The notes beneath the pieces are model-generated. The model was not told the DNA's origin. It was given only the letters and a program-made list of their open reading frames with translations, and did no database searches. Shown in pieces: positions 25,405-38,935 of a DNA stretch of 64,000 bases. Each line of letters begins with the position of its first letter. The first letter of the stretch is position 1. The stretch lies in contig NC_090394.1 of NCBI RefSeq assembly GCF_036365525.1, positions 15,748,528-15,812,527 on the forward strand, in the 5' to 3' direction. The DNA is from Heterodontus francisci (lineage: Eukaryota). Made by a program: the position numbers and the translations under genes.

Positions 25405-26482
25405 ATTTTCCAAACTATCCCTAGATTCTACAACAGTCCCAGTAGATTGGGAGTTAGCAAATGTAACACTGCTATTCAAGAAAGGAGGGAAGAGAGAAAA
25501 CAGGGAACCACCGGCCAGTTAGCCTAACATCAGTCACTGGGAAAATGCTGGAATCTACTAAGGAGTATTAATAATGCAGTCAGAAAATTATAGCACGATC
25601 AGACAGAGTCAACATGGTTTTACGAATGGGAAATGGTGTTTGACAAATTTATTAGAGTTTTTTTTGAGGAGGTAAATAGTATGGCAGATAAATGGGAGGC
25701 AACAGATGTATTATACTTGGATTTCCAAAAGGCATTCAATAAGGTGCCAAACAAAAGTTTAATATGCTCATGAAGTCAGGGCAATATTCGCATGGACGGA
25801 GGGTTGGTTATCGGACGAGAGGCCCGCTACCCGACCCGAACCCGACGACACATGTCGGGTTTGGGTCAGGTCGGGCCCAACGTCCGGGGCCGGCTTTCGG
25901 GCTCGGCTCGGGTCGGGCCGAGTCCAGATCGAGTCAGGTCAGGTCGGGCTGGACTCACGCGGTAAGTGCGCTGCCGGTAAGTATTAAAAATAAAAAATAA
26001 AAATTTACTTGAGCTGGGAGTCTGGGACGAAACTGAGTCTGCGCAGTGAGCGAGTGACGTCACTATGACGTCTTGCGCATGCGCTGCAGCTTCTTGCAGG
26101 TTCGGTGTCAGGAAGGTAAGTAAACGGATGGTCGGGTCGGGCAGAGTAGTGGCGGGTTCGGGTTGGGTTCGGGGCAAAATCGGAGGGACTCAGGCCAGGT
26201 CAGGCTCGGGCCCGCTGTGGTTCGGTCGGGTTCTTTTTCCCAACCTAAAGCAGGCCTCTATATCGGACAGTAGGCAGAGAGTAGGGATAAATGAGGCATT
26301 TTCAAGTTGGCAGGCTGTAACTAGCAGAGTGCCGCACAGATCAATGCTGGGGCCTCAGCTATTTACAATCTATATTAATTACATAAACGAAGAGACAGAG
26401 AGTAATGTATCTAAGTTTGCTGACAATGCAAAGCTAGGTGGGGAAGTCAGCTGTGAGGAGGACACAAAGAGGTTGCAAAGAC
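25405..26482 (+). mobile_element. CR1 RT fragment split by a hAT MITE
   Basis: LFKKGG, SQHGF, YLDFQKAFNKVP before the MITE; RQRVGINE..LGPQLFTIYIN..SKFADNAKLG after it. Confidence 0.8.
25817..26260 (+). mobile_element. Non-autonomous hAT-type DNA transposon (MITE), 444 bp
   Basis: Perfect 8-bp TSD TATCGGAC (25809-25816, 26261-26268); imperfect 12-bp TIRs GAGAGGCCCGCT / AGCAGGCCTCTA; many subterminal CCCGA/TCGGG repeats. Confidence 0.88.
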
Positions 26483-26876
26483 AGGATAAATGTACCCCTT
26501 CTTCAGTCCATCTGTTTGTCTAGCCCCATGCCCTGCAATTTTCATCTTAAACAGTTCTGCCTCTCCACCTTTAAGACCCTCCTTAAATCCCACTTCTCTG
26601 ACTAAGTTTCTGGTCAGCCTTTCTAATACTCCGTTTATTTATCGAATTACATCTCAGTGAAGTGCTTTGGGGCATTTTTCTGCATTAAAAAAAAAGGTGC
26701 TATATAAATGCAGAGCACATGTCTGTGCGGATTGGGTTTAATGTAGTTTTTTTGATATATTATATATAGTTAACTCATACCCTACAAACTTTAAAATAAT
26801 TAAGATTTTAAAACTAATAATACAGTAAAATTTTAAATGTTTACTGATATTTGAAAACTAGAAATAATTAACTTAC

Positions 26877-27023
26877 ACTGCCATGCCACTCTGGAACTCC
26901 TCTGTTGCCTGGCAGTAGATTGTTATAGCGACACGTGCATCAGCATCGAAGGTGAACTCCACACTGTATAGCACTTTTGGTTCAGCATTCTCTTCAGTTG
27001 GACTGTCAGCTTCATCTTTATAC
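26877..27023 (-). CDS. MGRN1: MGRN1 coding exon 4 (147 bp)
   Basis: (R)YKDEADSPTEENAEPKVLYSVEFTFDADARVAITIYCQATEEFQSGMA(V). Acceptor TTTACAG|G, donor GT|GTAAGT; phase 2 in and out. Confidence 0.95.
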
Positions 27024-27519
27024 CTGTAAAGAGAATAAATATAAATATATACACAAACCCCACCCCCCCCCATCAGATATTATCTACTGTTCATTACAAT
27101 TATATAAGTATTGTTAAGTGACACTGTGTCCAGTGATGCTCTCAAAACAAGACTTTTAAAAAAAATTAAGTTTCAGTACTTTTTCTTAGAGGAAAAATAA
27201 ATGAAGTTTTGTTTACATAAAGTACTGTGCCCTATCTACCCTCACCCACTTGCAACAAAAGAGCATTGGCATTCTTTTCAATAGTATACTTAATGTCAGT
27301 GTCATAAGTTTGCAAAAGTAACCTTCATCTCGATTTATTTCTAGTGTACCCATCAAATACATGTTCAATCTAACTGGCTACATTACCTACAAGCATATGC
27401 AAAGTCACTTGGTAAAGTCACTTAGTCAGAATTTAAAAAAAAGTTATACATATTCCCATCCAAACCCAAGGAACGTATGATGGAGTGATAGAAACCCCTG
27501 AAGCTACTCGTAATAGCTC

Positions 27520-27810
27520 ATCATTAAACCAAAGCCCTATCTATCTGTTTAGGTGGCCAAAAAGGATCGAATGGCATGATTTGAAAAAAGAAGTGGAGTT
27601 CTCCCCATTTGCTCAGTAATATTCCTTCTTCAAGCAACACCACCAAAATGGATTATCTGATTGTTTATCTCACTTGCTGTATTGTGGAAGCTTACCGAGT
27701 GCAAAAAGCTTGCTGCATTCGACTACGAAACAGAGACTACATTTTAAGAGCAATTGAAAACTGCTTTGGGAGATCCAGAGAAGGAAGATGCAATACAATG
27801 CAAATTCTCT
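27520..27810 (+). mobile_element. Old Deu-SINE-like remnant
   Basis: Degenerate match to the reverse complement of 41317-41640 (TTAAACC..AGGTGG..GATC..ATGGCA..GAGTTCTCCCC..GATTATCTG). Confidence 0.55.
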
Positions 27811-28832
27811 CTTACTTTACACTGAACAGCACAAAAAAGATGCCCCACAATGAAATATGAACAGAAGATATACTTTGGATTAGAAAACAAATGCCAAATT
27901 TCAATCACAATGTATATGGTCAGTATTTATGATTAATGAGTCATTGTAGAAATTTTTATTCATCTTTGCACAGGCATGCTTTTCAATAAAATGGTTCATT
28001 GTGTTATGAAGGTTAATGATAGAGCTGCTTACATACACACTGGGGAACCTACATAAATCTAATTAGTTGTAGACTACTAACATATATAAAATGGGCTAGA
28101 TTAACAATTAAAACCATGCTACCAAAATTGGGCTAAGCATTTTATTTACTTAGAATTGCGGAATTGGTGTTATAAAATGTTTTAAGAGCCCCAAGAGGCA
28201 CACTAATTCCTTCAGGACAGGCAAGAAGGCATAAATTTATCTTAAATACTTACAGTTTGCCCATCAAGAGGTCCTTCTATTTAAAATGTTATAACTTGGC
28301 AGCCCAGCTCTAAAGAATTGTGGCCTGTAATTTGGCCTCCGATATAAATAGTGACAATAAAAACTAAAGCCTTCTTGCCAACCCTCTACACAACACACCC
28401 CTCCACAGAAAGCTAACAGGAACCTAGAAATAGCCTAGACATCACCAACACCATTAGCCTGGAAAGTGTCTTCTTGTCCTAATCTGATGATACCAGAAAA
28501 CTTCCTTCAGTTTGTTAGCTTTCTCCTATTTGACACAATACAGCACTCTCAGAATCATTGGTTATAAATGGTTTCTGAGTTTGGTCTATTAGCAGACTAT
28601 GCCATGTCATCCTCAAGGTTAAGGTTGTCCAACAGACTGATCTAGCTCACCCAATAATTATTTCAACTCCAAGTTAGGTTTTGCCTCTATGATCAAGCAA
28701 CCATTTGTTTTCCTAATTGCAAGCTAGTGTAGACCTACATATCCACTGTCTTGAAAGGCATACATTTGTATTAATTTCATGCAAGATTTTGGCCAGCAAT
28801 AGGTCAAGGAATGGCACATTCTAGCTACAAGC

Positions 28833-29085
28833 TTTCTTCTTTCTTTGGCCTCCTTGTCTCGAGAGACAATGGGTAAGCGCCTAGAGGTGGTCAGTGGTTT
28901 GTGAAACAGTGCCTGGAGTGGCTATAAAGGCCAATTCTAGAGAGTGACAGACTCTTCCATGGGCACTGCATATAAAATTGGTTGTCGGGGCTGTTACACA
29001 GTTGGCTCTCTCCTTGAACTTCTGTCATTTTTCCTGCCAACTGCTAAGTCTCTTCGACTCGCCAATCTTTAGCCCCACCTTTATA
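28833..29085 (-). mobile_element. RTE LINE 3' fragment
   Basis: Highly similar to 41641-41885, including the (GAA)n tail. Confidence 0.85.
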
Positions 29086-29619
29086 AGGCTACAAGCTACA
29101 AAACTATTACTCAAGATCATAACACCAAACATATTGCACCTACACAAACTCAAATTCCATAACTCCCAGAAGAATAATTGCTGAAGGAGGCCCTATCCAG
29201 AAAAATACACTATTGCACATGTTCTAGTTGTGTCTCTGCAACCAACCATTTGGACAACGATGAACAGCATAACTGACTTTATAATCCCTATGAACCGAGC
29301 CTCATGCTTGTCAACCCTACCAACTAGAAAGCAACCTCTGCTCCCCTTTAGCGTGCAGATTAGCACTCTCAGTGTTAGCTGACAGATGATGCATTCCAGA
29401 AGAAGTAGCGTAACACGTCCCACAATAAACATATAGCATTGGTGAAATACAACATTCTCAGAATCCAGAAACTACCAAGCAATCCATGGTTCAACATACC
29501 ATAGCTCCTGGCAGCTTAAAATAAATGCCAAGTACTGCTGGGTTCCTTGTACTGCTGACAATTACACATGTCGGCAGAGCCTTTTCTGAAGCATAAAAAT
29601 GCATACAAGACCTTTGAAA

Positions 29620-31330
29620 TGCATTTTCTTCAAAAGGAATGATGAGGGCCAAAAATACACTACTCCAGATGGAATCTGCCCTCTATAACAGAGCATCAAT
29701 TAACTTCCGAATTCCAACCCCCTCAAGAAAAAGGCCAATATTTCATTAACCTTATGGATCATTTTCAGTACCTGTGCACTATCCTTGAGTGATTTCTGTA
29801 CATAAATAACTTGCTGCCACAGCCCAAGTCTCTCACCATTCAGAAAATATTATGATTTGTCTTTCTCAGATTCGCACTTCTTTGCACTGAACTCTGTCGT
29901 AGCTTTACCCACTCACTTAGTCTGTCTATGTCCGTTTTTAACTTCTTGCTTCCATCTATACAACCTCTAGTGCCTCATTTAGTGTCATATGCAAACTAGG
30001 ATATTCAACCCTCTATTCTTTCATCCAGGTGATTGATATATATGGAACAAGCTGAGGCTCCAGTACAAATCACTGCAAAACACCAGTTGTCACATCCTGC
30101 CAATGAGAGTACCCTTTATCCTCACTCTGTCTATCTCCCAACCAATTACCAACCCATGTCACACAATTACCTACAATTCCATGTGCTCTATTCTTTGCTA
30201 GCAATCTTAAGTGAATTATCAAATATCTTCTATAAGTTCATATAGACAACACCCATGGACACTAGTGACCTCAAAAACTCAACTTGAATAGTCAGACATG
30301 ATCAACCCTCAGAAATCCATACTGACTCTCACTGATCAGTTTATACTGGTCCAAGTGCTCAGTCACTCTGTCCCTGATGATGGATTCCACTCACTTTCCC
30401 AGAACTGACTTTAAACAAGGCTGGAATTGTGTGCTTTCTCCCTCCCTCCCTTCTTAATGAATGGAGATATATTTGCAATTTTCTAGTCCAAGGGCACAAT
30501 TCCAGAATATAAAGCACTTTGGACAATTCTGAAAAACATATCTGCAATTTCCTCCTTTATTTTGAGACCCTGGGATGGAAACCATCAGGTCCTAGAGATT
30601 TGTCTGTTAAATATTTTCTGCATTACCATTTCTTTTATTGTATTAAATTGACTAAGTTCTTCCCCTGACTGAGTTTCAGCTTCCCTAGTACCACTGGTAA
30701 TTTCTTTTCTTCACTGCAAAAATAGATACAAAGTACTCAATTAACAAATCTGCCATTTCCTTATTATCCAATATAGCCTCACCTGCAGCCATCTTTAATG
30801 GGTCTGCACACCTCTTTACCACTCGCTTCCTCTTAACATATTTATAAAACTTTGACAACTAGTTTGAAATTCCATACAAGGTTTTTTTTTAAATATTCTT
30901 TTTGTACCTCATTAGTTTCTTTGTATCCCTTTGTTGCTTTTTGTGGCGCTCTCAGTCTGCTGGATTACCCCTTTTCTTGCATTTATGCAAGCCTTTTCTT
31001 TTAGATGGATATGGTCTCTTGCCTCATTTGTTGACCACGGTTGCTTAGCTGCAAAAGTGGGACTTCTCATTTATTTTATGTACTGGTTTTGTATTGTACC
31101 AAATAATTCTTTGAATACTTCCCACTCAGTCTGTCTGCAGGTTTCACTCATGAACAGCTCGGCCCAGTTTACCACAAGCAATTCATTTCTCATCCCTTTG
31201 TAGTTTGACTGAATCAAGTTTAAAACTTTGGGTTGCGACTCTCTTCAACCACTGAAATTCAACACCAAATTCAAATATATTATGTTCACTATTTGCAAGA
31301 TGTTCCCTTCCCATCAGATTATTAACTAAT
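29620..31330 (-). mobile_element. Old, heavily decayed CR1 ORF2 remnant
   Basis: Residual CR1-like stretches such as SLGPDGFHPRV near 30570-30600 and LLIEYFVSIF near 30720-30750. Confidence 0.55.
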
Positions 31331-31454
31331 TATGAAACAAAAGCAAAATACTGCAGATGCTGGAAATCTGAAAACATAAAAGGCTGGAAATATTCAGGAC
31401 AGGCAGCATCTGTGGAGTGAGAGAAACAGAGTTAATGTTTCATCAGAACTGGAA

Positions 31455-31905
31455 CATACAAACAAGCAGGAGTAGGCTATTCAGCCCCTTGAGTCTGCTC
31501 CACCATTTGTAAGATCATGGCTGATCTGTTTGTGGACACAATTCCACTTTCCTGCCTACCCCCACTCCCCCGATACCCTTTGACTCCCTTGTTTGTCAAG
31601 AATCTGTCTACCTCTGCCTTAAAAACATTCAATGACCCCGCCCCAACACTCCCTGGGGAAGAGAGTTCCACAGACTCACGTCCTTCAGAAAAAAAAATTC
31701 TCCTCATCTCTATCTTAAATGGGAGACCCCTTATTTTTAAACTGTGCCCCCTAGTTTTCGTCTCTCCCACAAGGGGAAACCTCCTTTCAACATCCACCCT
31801 GTCAAGTCCCCTCAGGATCTTATGTATTTCAATAAGTTCACTTCTCATCCTTATGAACTCCAATGAATACAAACCCAACCTGTCCAACCCTCTCATCCCA
31901 GGAAT
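31455..31905 (-). mobile_element. CR1 3' fragment nested in the Penelope element
   Basis: LDRLGLYSLEF..TRGHSLKIRG and CR1 tail. Confidence 0.85.
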
Positions 31906-32294
31906 CAGTTGAGTGAGCCTTCTCTAAAAAAGTTAGATATATAACAGGTTTAAAAGCAAGTACAGAGGCAAGGAAAGTAGGAAGTAGAGTAAAAGAACAA
32001 AAGGGAGGTCTGTGATAGGGTGGAAGATAGGAGATATTAAATGACAAGACAGATAATGGTGCAAGGCAAAAGGGGGTGGTAATGGAACAAGTAAAGAAAC
32101 AAAAAGGTGCATCAAGAGGAAGTGTGAATGGGACAATGCAAAATCATTAGCAACAGACCCATTCAAAAACAGAACAGAAGAGGAGCACTGGTTATGATCT
32201 GAAATTGCTAAATGCAACGTTGAGTACGGAAGACTGTAAAGATAGCGCTGTAAAGTGCCTAATCGAAAGTTGAGGTGCTGTCCCTCATGCTTCA

Positions 32295-32620
32295 TGGGCC
32301 TAGATAGAGTAGACAGGAAGGACCCATTTCCAACAGCAGAGAGGTCAATTACCAGGGGGCACAGATTTGTGACTGGTAGAAGGATTAGAGGGGATGTGAG
32401 GAAAAATGTTTTCACCCAGAGGGTGGTGGGTGTTTGGAATTCGCTGCCCAGATCGGTGGTGGAGGCAGAAACCCTCAACTCATTTAAAATGTTGAAGTGC
32501 TGTAGCCTGCAAGGCTACGGACCAGGTGCTGGGAGGTGGGATCAGATTGGGCAGCTAGTTTTTTCAGCCAGCACGGACACGATGGGCTGAATGGCCTCTT
32601 TCTGTGCCGTAACTTTATGG
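32295..32620 (+). mobile_element. CR1 3' fragment nested in the Penelope element
   Basis: Same subfamily as 21050-21440 (GLDRVDRKD..FTQRVVGVWNSLP). Confidence 0.85.
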
Positions 32621-34721
32621 TTCAATATGAGGACAGTAACCAAGTGGGAGTGGAGCAGAGATTTAACATAACAGTTGACTGAAAGTTTGGGGTCATGCTT
32701 GCAAACTGAATGGAGTTGCTCCACAAAGCGGTCACCCAATTTGCATTTAGTCTCCCCGGTGTAGAAGGGACCACATCATGAGCAGCGAATACAGCAACTT
32801 AATTGAAAAGTTCAAGTAAATCCCGGTTTCACCTGGAAGGAGTGTTTGGGGCCTTGGACAGAGAAAAGGGAGGGGTAAAAAGGGCAGGCGGAGCATTTCC
32901 TACACTTTCATGGAAAGGTGGCATGGGAAGGCAAGGGGTTGTTGGGGGGCAGGGTGACTGAGAGTGGATCAAGGTGTCGCAGAGGGAATGGCTCCTTCGG
33001 AATGCTGAAAGGGGAGGTGAGGGGAAGGGAAGATAAGATACACTTGGTAGTGGCAACACGTTGGAGGTGGCGGAAATGCAGGTGATATGCTGAATGTGGA
33101 GGCTGGGGAGATGGAAGGCGAGGCCAAGGGGACCCCTATCATGCTTATGGCGCGGGTTTTCGGGGGATGTGGGAGGAACCGGGGGGGGGGGAAGGTGAGA
33201 GCAGAACGGGAAATGGAACGAACACGTGCCCTGTCAGCCATAGTGGGAGGGGAAATCCTCAGTTAAGAAAAAAGGAAGACATATCGGAAGTGCTGATATG
33301 GAAGGTTGCATCATCAGAACAGATGTGAAGAAGTCAAAGAAACTGGGAGAATGGAATAGAGTCCTTACAGGAAGCAAAGTGTGAGGAAGTGAAGTCGAGG
33401 TAACTATGAAAGTCAGTGGGTTTATGGTGGATAGCCTATCCCCAGAAATGGAGACCGAGAAGTCGAGGAAGAGAAGAGTCAGAGATGGATCATGTGAAGT
33501 TGAGAGAAGGGTGAAAACTGGAAGCAAAGTTGATGAAAATATCCAATTCAGGATGAGAGCAGGAAATAGCACCAAAACACTCATCGATGTACAGGAAACA
33601 GCGGTGAGGGAGGGGACCAGAGTAGGACTGGAATAAAGAATATTCCACAGATCCCATAAAAAGGCAGGCATAGCTAGGACCCATATGGGTTCCCACAGTA
33701 ATGCCTTTTATTTGGACGAGGTGAGTGGTCAAAGGAGAGGTTGGTCAATGTGAGAACAAGTACAGATGGGGAGTGGTTAGACCTCTGTTCAGGGAAGAAA
33801 CGGAGGGCCCTCAGAACATCTTAGTGGGAGACGGAGGTGTAGAGCGATTGAACATCCATGGTGAAAAGGACACAGTCAGGGACAGGAAACTGGAAACTTA
33901 AAGTGGCAGAAGGTGTCAAGGGGAGGAAAAAAAAAGTTGAGATAGGAAGAAATCAATTTTGTGGGGCAAGACTAAAATGAAACGATGGGTGTACCAGGGC
34001 TGTCCTGCTTTTGGATCTTGGAAAGGAGGTAGAAGTGAGCTGTACAGGATTAGGGGACTCTGAAGTTGGAGACCTTGAAAGGAAGATCTCCAGGAGAGAT
34101 TGGGTCAGTAACAGTCTTGGAAACAATGGCATGATGTTTGGCAGTGGATTCATAGTCCAGGAGGAGATAGGAGGAGGAGGAGGAGGAGGAGAATTGGCCT
34201 TCTACCTCTGCTAGGTAGAGGTCTGCATGCCAAACAGCAGCAGCACCATCCTTGTCAACAGGTTCAATGACAATGTTAGGGTTGGACCCAAGACAAGGAA
34301 GTGCTGCAATTTCCAAGGGAGATTGGTTAGAGGAGCAGAGAAAGTGAGACGGCCAATGTCACAACAGTAGTGCTCAATGAAAAGATCTCAAAAGGGTATG
34401 AGACCAGAGGGAAAATATTGGAGATAGGAAAATGGGCCTGCTGTGTAGGACAGGCGAAGACTCTAGGCCAAATGTGGGCGTGCAGGCAAAGCTAATGAAA
34501 GAAGAGCTCAGCATCATGCTGGGCTTGAAATTCATTGAGGTGGGGCATAAGAGGATGAAGCTGAGGCCGTTGCTAAGGACAGATCATTCAAGGTCAGAGA
34601 GGGGAAGGTCACAGGGTACAGTGAAAACATGGCAAGGGGCGAGACTGGAACAAGGGATGGGTTCAGAGGAAAGTGAAGGGGTAAAAAGATCCGGAGGGGC
34701 ACTGATATCCAGGAGTTAGGA

Positions 34722-35088
34722 GGGGAGACGGTGGCGGTGTAGTGGTAACGTCACTGAACTTGTAATCCAGCAGCCCAAGCTAATTCCCTGGTGACACAGG
34801 TTCAAATCTCATCATGGCAGCTGGCGGAATTTAAGTTCAATTAATTAATATTAAAATTCTGGAATTGAAAGTGAGTCTCAGTTTCATTGCACTATTACTA
34901 TCAATTATCCTTTAGGGAAAGAAATCTGCTGTCCTTATCTGGTCTGGCCTACATGTGACTCCAAACCCACAGTAATGTGGTTGACTCTTAAACTGCCATC
35001 TGAAATGGACTAGCAAGCCACTCAGTTGTCAAGGGCAATTAGGGATGGGTAACAAATGCTGGCCTTGCCAGTAACATCGACATCCCAT
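34722..35088 (+). mobile_element. tRNA-headed non-autonomous element built from both ends of the 920-4147 LINE
   Basis: 5' part matches LINE 4147-3825, then at 35029/35030 (CTCAGTTGT|CAAGGGCAATT) continues as LINE 995-935. Confidence 0.85.
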
Positions 35089-35099
35089 TTGTTTGTTAC

Positions 35100-36130
35100 T
35101 CGTCAATAAATCCAGTTATGATCTGTTCCCTTGTTTGTTCTAAAATATATTATGCTTCCCCAAATACATTCTAGAAATTCATTGCTTTTACTAGAGCTGT
35201 TTTGTTTCGCCTAGTCTGTGTGAAAATTAAAATCTCCCTCTATAATCACATTTTTTCCCCCTAATCTCCATATTTAAACATCCCCCTCACTACACTAGTA
35301 TCAGGAGATCTGTTTAAAAAAATACACTCCTACAGTATTGCATCCTTTGTTGTTCATGAATTCTACCCATGGCGTATCCACTGTCTAATCACCCTTACCA
35401 GAATCACTTCTTTCTATTGCTGAAATTGTGTCTTTTCATCAAGGTTATTACTCCCTGCCCTTTCCCAATTTGTTGGTCCTTTCCAAAGATCCTATAACCT
35501 GCAATATTCAGCTTCCAATCATTCTCAGGTTGTAACCAGATCTCTGTAATGGTTACTATATTGGACTTCTTGTTCTAAATATGGCACTTTTAACCATACC
35601 TTTTGACTGTGTGTGGATTTTCCCCTCCCGTTCTCCCTAACTGGTTAAAGCTTGCCCCACTGACCTAATTACATTTGGTGCAAGGGCACAGGTACCCCTC
35701 TGGTTAGTTAAGGCCATCTCTAGCCCTAAAAGTGGTCCCATTGCCCCAAGAATCTGAAATCTTCCTTTTTCTCCTTCCAGCCATGAGCTGACAATCCTAA
35801 TCTTTCTTTCCCTGCCCAGTCCAACACTTGGCATTGGGAGTAATCCAGAAATTATTGCCCTGGAGGTTCTGCTCCTTAATCCAGAGTTTAGCTCTTGTAA
35901 ATCCATTGTAAATCTCAAGCCTATTCCTATCAACATCATTGGTTCTCACATGAACCACAACCTCCTGGTTACTCCACCTCCCATCCCAGGTCCTTTTGTA
36001 TTTGCTTCAAGATGTAGCAAACCCTGACATCCCGTAAGCAACATACCATTCAAGTCGCTGGATCATGTCTACAAAATAAATAATCTACCCCAAACTGAAG
36101 AATCCCCCCACCATCACCACTTGCCTATTC
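35100..36130 (-). mobile_element. Old CR1 ORF1 esterase and endonuclease start remnant
   Basis: VGDSS near 36100, SRTSRAIISGLLP, VTITEIWLQ near 35540. Confidence 0.65.
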
Positions 36131-37189
36131 TTACTACCTGTATTCCTTCCTCCACGGGCAAACACTTGCCTTGTAGCTGTTCATTGTCATCCTCCTCTGT
36201 TTCTCTTTTTGTACAGTTTAGGCAAATCTTAAGACAAATCCAGCTATATTTTCCACCCTCAGCTGTCAACAATGTGAAGTAACTCAAATGTAGTTTTCAA
36301 ACATAGAAATCATTCCTACGTCATATATGCCTAAAACATATCCACTGAGCATTTTAAATTCTAATGTATTTTATAGGTATAACAAGGGCAACATTCCAGT
36401 GTTCAAAGTAGTGCCTCTAGACTTTCCCTTTGAAAACAACATCATTAAAGATGTAAAATATTAACCTAGCTGGCTTGAAACAGGTCACATTTTAATGGAC
36501 AGCAATGTGCTAAACTTCGGTCAATGTTTTTCTATCCATGGGGTATGAATTACAATTTCAGTTCACTTAATTTCATACCTTTTAAGAACTTGCACACCAT
36601 TGTTCACATAGAACGCAACAAAAACTCACACAGGCCAACTTCAATTGTGTATAGCTTTTAATTTCATTTCACCTCTGTAAGAATGTTGCTTTCTATTATG
36701 TTCAGTGAGATAGGCCACAGGTTAATATAGTGCATGTAACATTGGAAAATAGAGCATCTCTGTTCTAACACACAAGTGTTACCGACTGATAAATTTTTAA
36801 GGAATAGTGAAAACAATCAACAAGAATGTTTAAGGCAGTTAGCTATAGTACGCCACCGGTAGCTTTTCAGAAGCATTGGGCTGTGACTTTTCCACTACTC
36901 TCCAAGAGAAAGTTCTGTGCATGTTCTCCCAGCAACTACGTCTTTACATTAAGACAGTGGTAAATGACGTATCCTTCTTTATTACACTGAAAATACTCAA
37001 AAGTGCACGAAGTACAATGCACTGCCCGAGTTCTTCTTACAAACTGACCTCATCCTAAATTGGACTTCATGCTATTCAATTCAGTATACTCATATCAGTC
37101 CAAAACGACTACTGCCATTTTTGAGCCATTGCACACTGAAGCAAAAGCGATATTCAGTAAATCAATAGTCAAGCGTTCTGTTCAATCCA

Positions 37190-38030
37190 CAGAATTATTA
37201 CACAGAAGGCCAATCAGCCCATCGGGTCTGCACCAGCTCTCCAAATGAGCAATTCACTTAGTGCCATTTCCCCCACCTTCTCCTTGTAACCCTGCACATT
37301 CTTCCTTTTTAGATAATAGTTTAATTCCCTTTTGAATGCCTCGATTGAACCTGCCTCCACACACACTCAAGCACTACATTCCAGACTTCAGCCACTCGCT
37401 GCATGAAAAGGTTTTTCCTCATGTCGCCATTGAGTGAAATCTGTGCCCTCTCATTCTCGATCCTCTGTCCAGACCCATGATTTTGAATACCTCTATCAAA
37501 TCACCTCTCAGCCTCCTCTTCTAAGGAAAACAGTCCCAACTTCTTCAATCTATCTTCATAACTGAAATTCCTCATCCCTGAAACCATTCTCGTGAATCTT
37601 TTCTGCACTCTCTCCAATGCTTTCCCATCTTTCATAAAGTGTGGTGCCCAGAACTGGACATAATACTCCACCGGAGGTCAAACTAGCGTCTCATACAAGT
37701 TCATCATAACCTCCTCGCTCCTGTACTTTATGCCCCTATTAATAAAGCCTAAGATACTGTATACTTTACTAACTGCTCTCTCAACCTGTCCTGCCACCTT
37801 CAATGACTTACGCACAGATACATCCAGGTCCCTCTGCTCCTGCACCCCCTTTAGAATTGTACCCTTTATCTCATTGTCTCTCCATGTTCTTCCTACCAAA
37901 ATGAATCACTTCACATTTCTCCACCTCGAACTTCATCTGCCACTTGTCCACCTATTCCACCAACGTGTCTATGTCCTTTTGAAGTTCTACACTATTGTCC
38001 TCACGGTTCACAATGCTTCAAAGTTTCATA
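37190..38030 (-). mobile_element. CR1 3' fragment
   Basis: ILKGVQEQRDL..SILGFINRGI; closely similar to 21950-22830. Confidence 0.85.
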
Positions 38031-38935
38031 TCAACATTTTAATTAACAATATGATTCTTACCATTTTTACTGGCATTATCATTTTTACAAGTCTTGATTC
38101 AATTATCTTACACAACGTAAACTATAGTATCAAGGAAGCCACTCCAATAACAGAAGCAACAATTCGACTTCAATTATGAATTTTGAAATCATAATCAGAA
38201 TTAAGTCAAAAAAGGGGAAGAAAGCAATCTAATTATTAAAAGAAAACATCTGTTTCTTTTGCTTAGGGCTAGTGGAAAAATGTGTCCCCAGATGCTGTTA
38301 ACAGTAGCTCGACAGGAAGGTATAGGGAGAATATATATCTTAAATCTGGAGTAAGGTGGTGAATTAGAAGACTGATATAATTGAACTTCAAGGATGATTG
38401 AAAGATTTAGGTGAGTGGATTCCTGAAGTACCAATTTATTTGGGAGAAAGGACCTCGCCTGATCTAGCCATTTTCCTATCGTGGTTCACACTTCAAATAC
38501 AAATTACTTTTCTTTCTCCTCCTATACTCCCAGTTCCCTCCCGACACCGGTCTTACTACTTCTTTCCCTATCTTCAATATCTATCATTGTAATACTGCTT
38601 CCAATGTTCTAATGCATGCCATGTGTTTGTCCTTTGAAACACCTTGGGACATCCTGTTCCTTTAAAGGTACTATGTAATTGCAAGTTGTGGTTATGTTAG
38701 GGAAATTAATTTCATTTAAAATAAAATGCAAATAAACTTGATTTCTGTCAAGATTTACTGACCATGATACAATACATTTCAACATGCATATGCAAACTTT
38801 ATGTGGAAACCCTTAAATGCATGAAAGTCCCTATACTGCAAGTAGCTTTGAACTTAGCAATCTCCACTCCTGATTATTTGAGAGGGTAACTTTATTTCTA
38901 AAAGTTACATTTCCATTAGATTTTTTCTGCTTATT

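Larger units (their letters stand above)
31337..34720 (-). mobile_element. Penelope-like retroelement (RT + GIY-YIG), degenerate, with nested CR1 fragments
   Basis: IVIEPVDKDGA, QIKGITVGTHMGPSYACLFMG, FLYIDECFGA, LFLDFSVS and GIY-YIG-like CIRCS*CGPFYTGETKCKLGDRFVEQLHSV near 32700-32800; terminal sequence at 31337-31453. Confidence 0.82.

Noticed and set aside
25817-26260. CRISPR array, satellite, or MGRN1 CpG-island promoter
   Set aside because: Short irregular CCCGA/TCGGG repeats bounded by TIRs and an 8-bp TSD fit a hAT MITE; no constant repeat-spacer period; it lies in intron 4.
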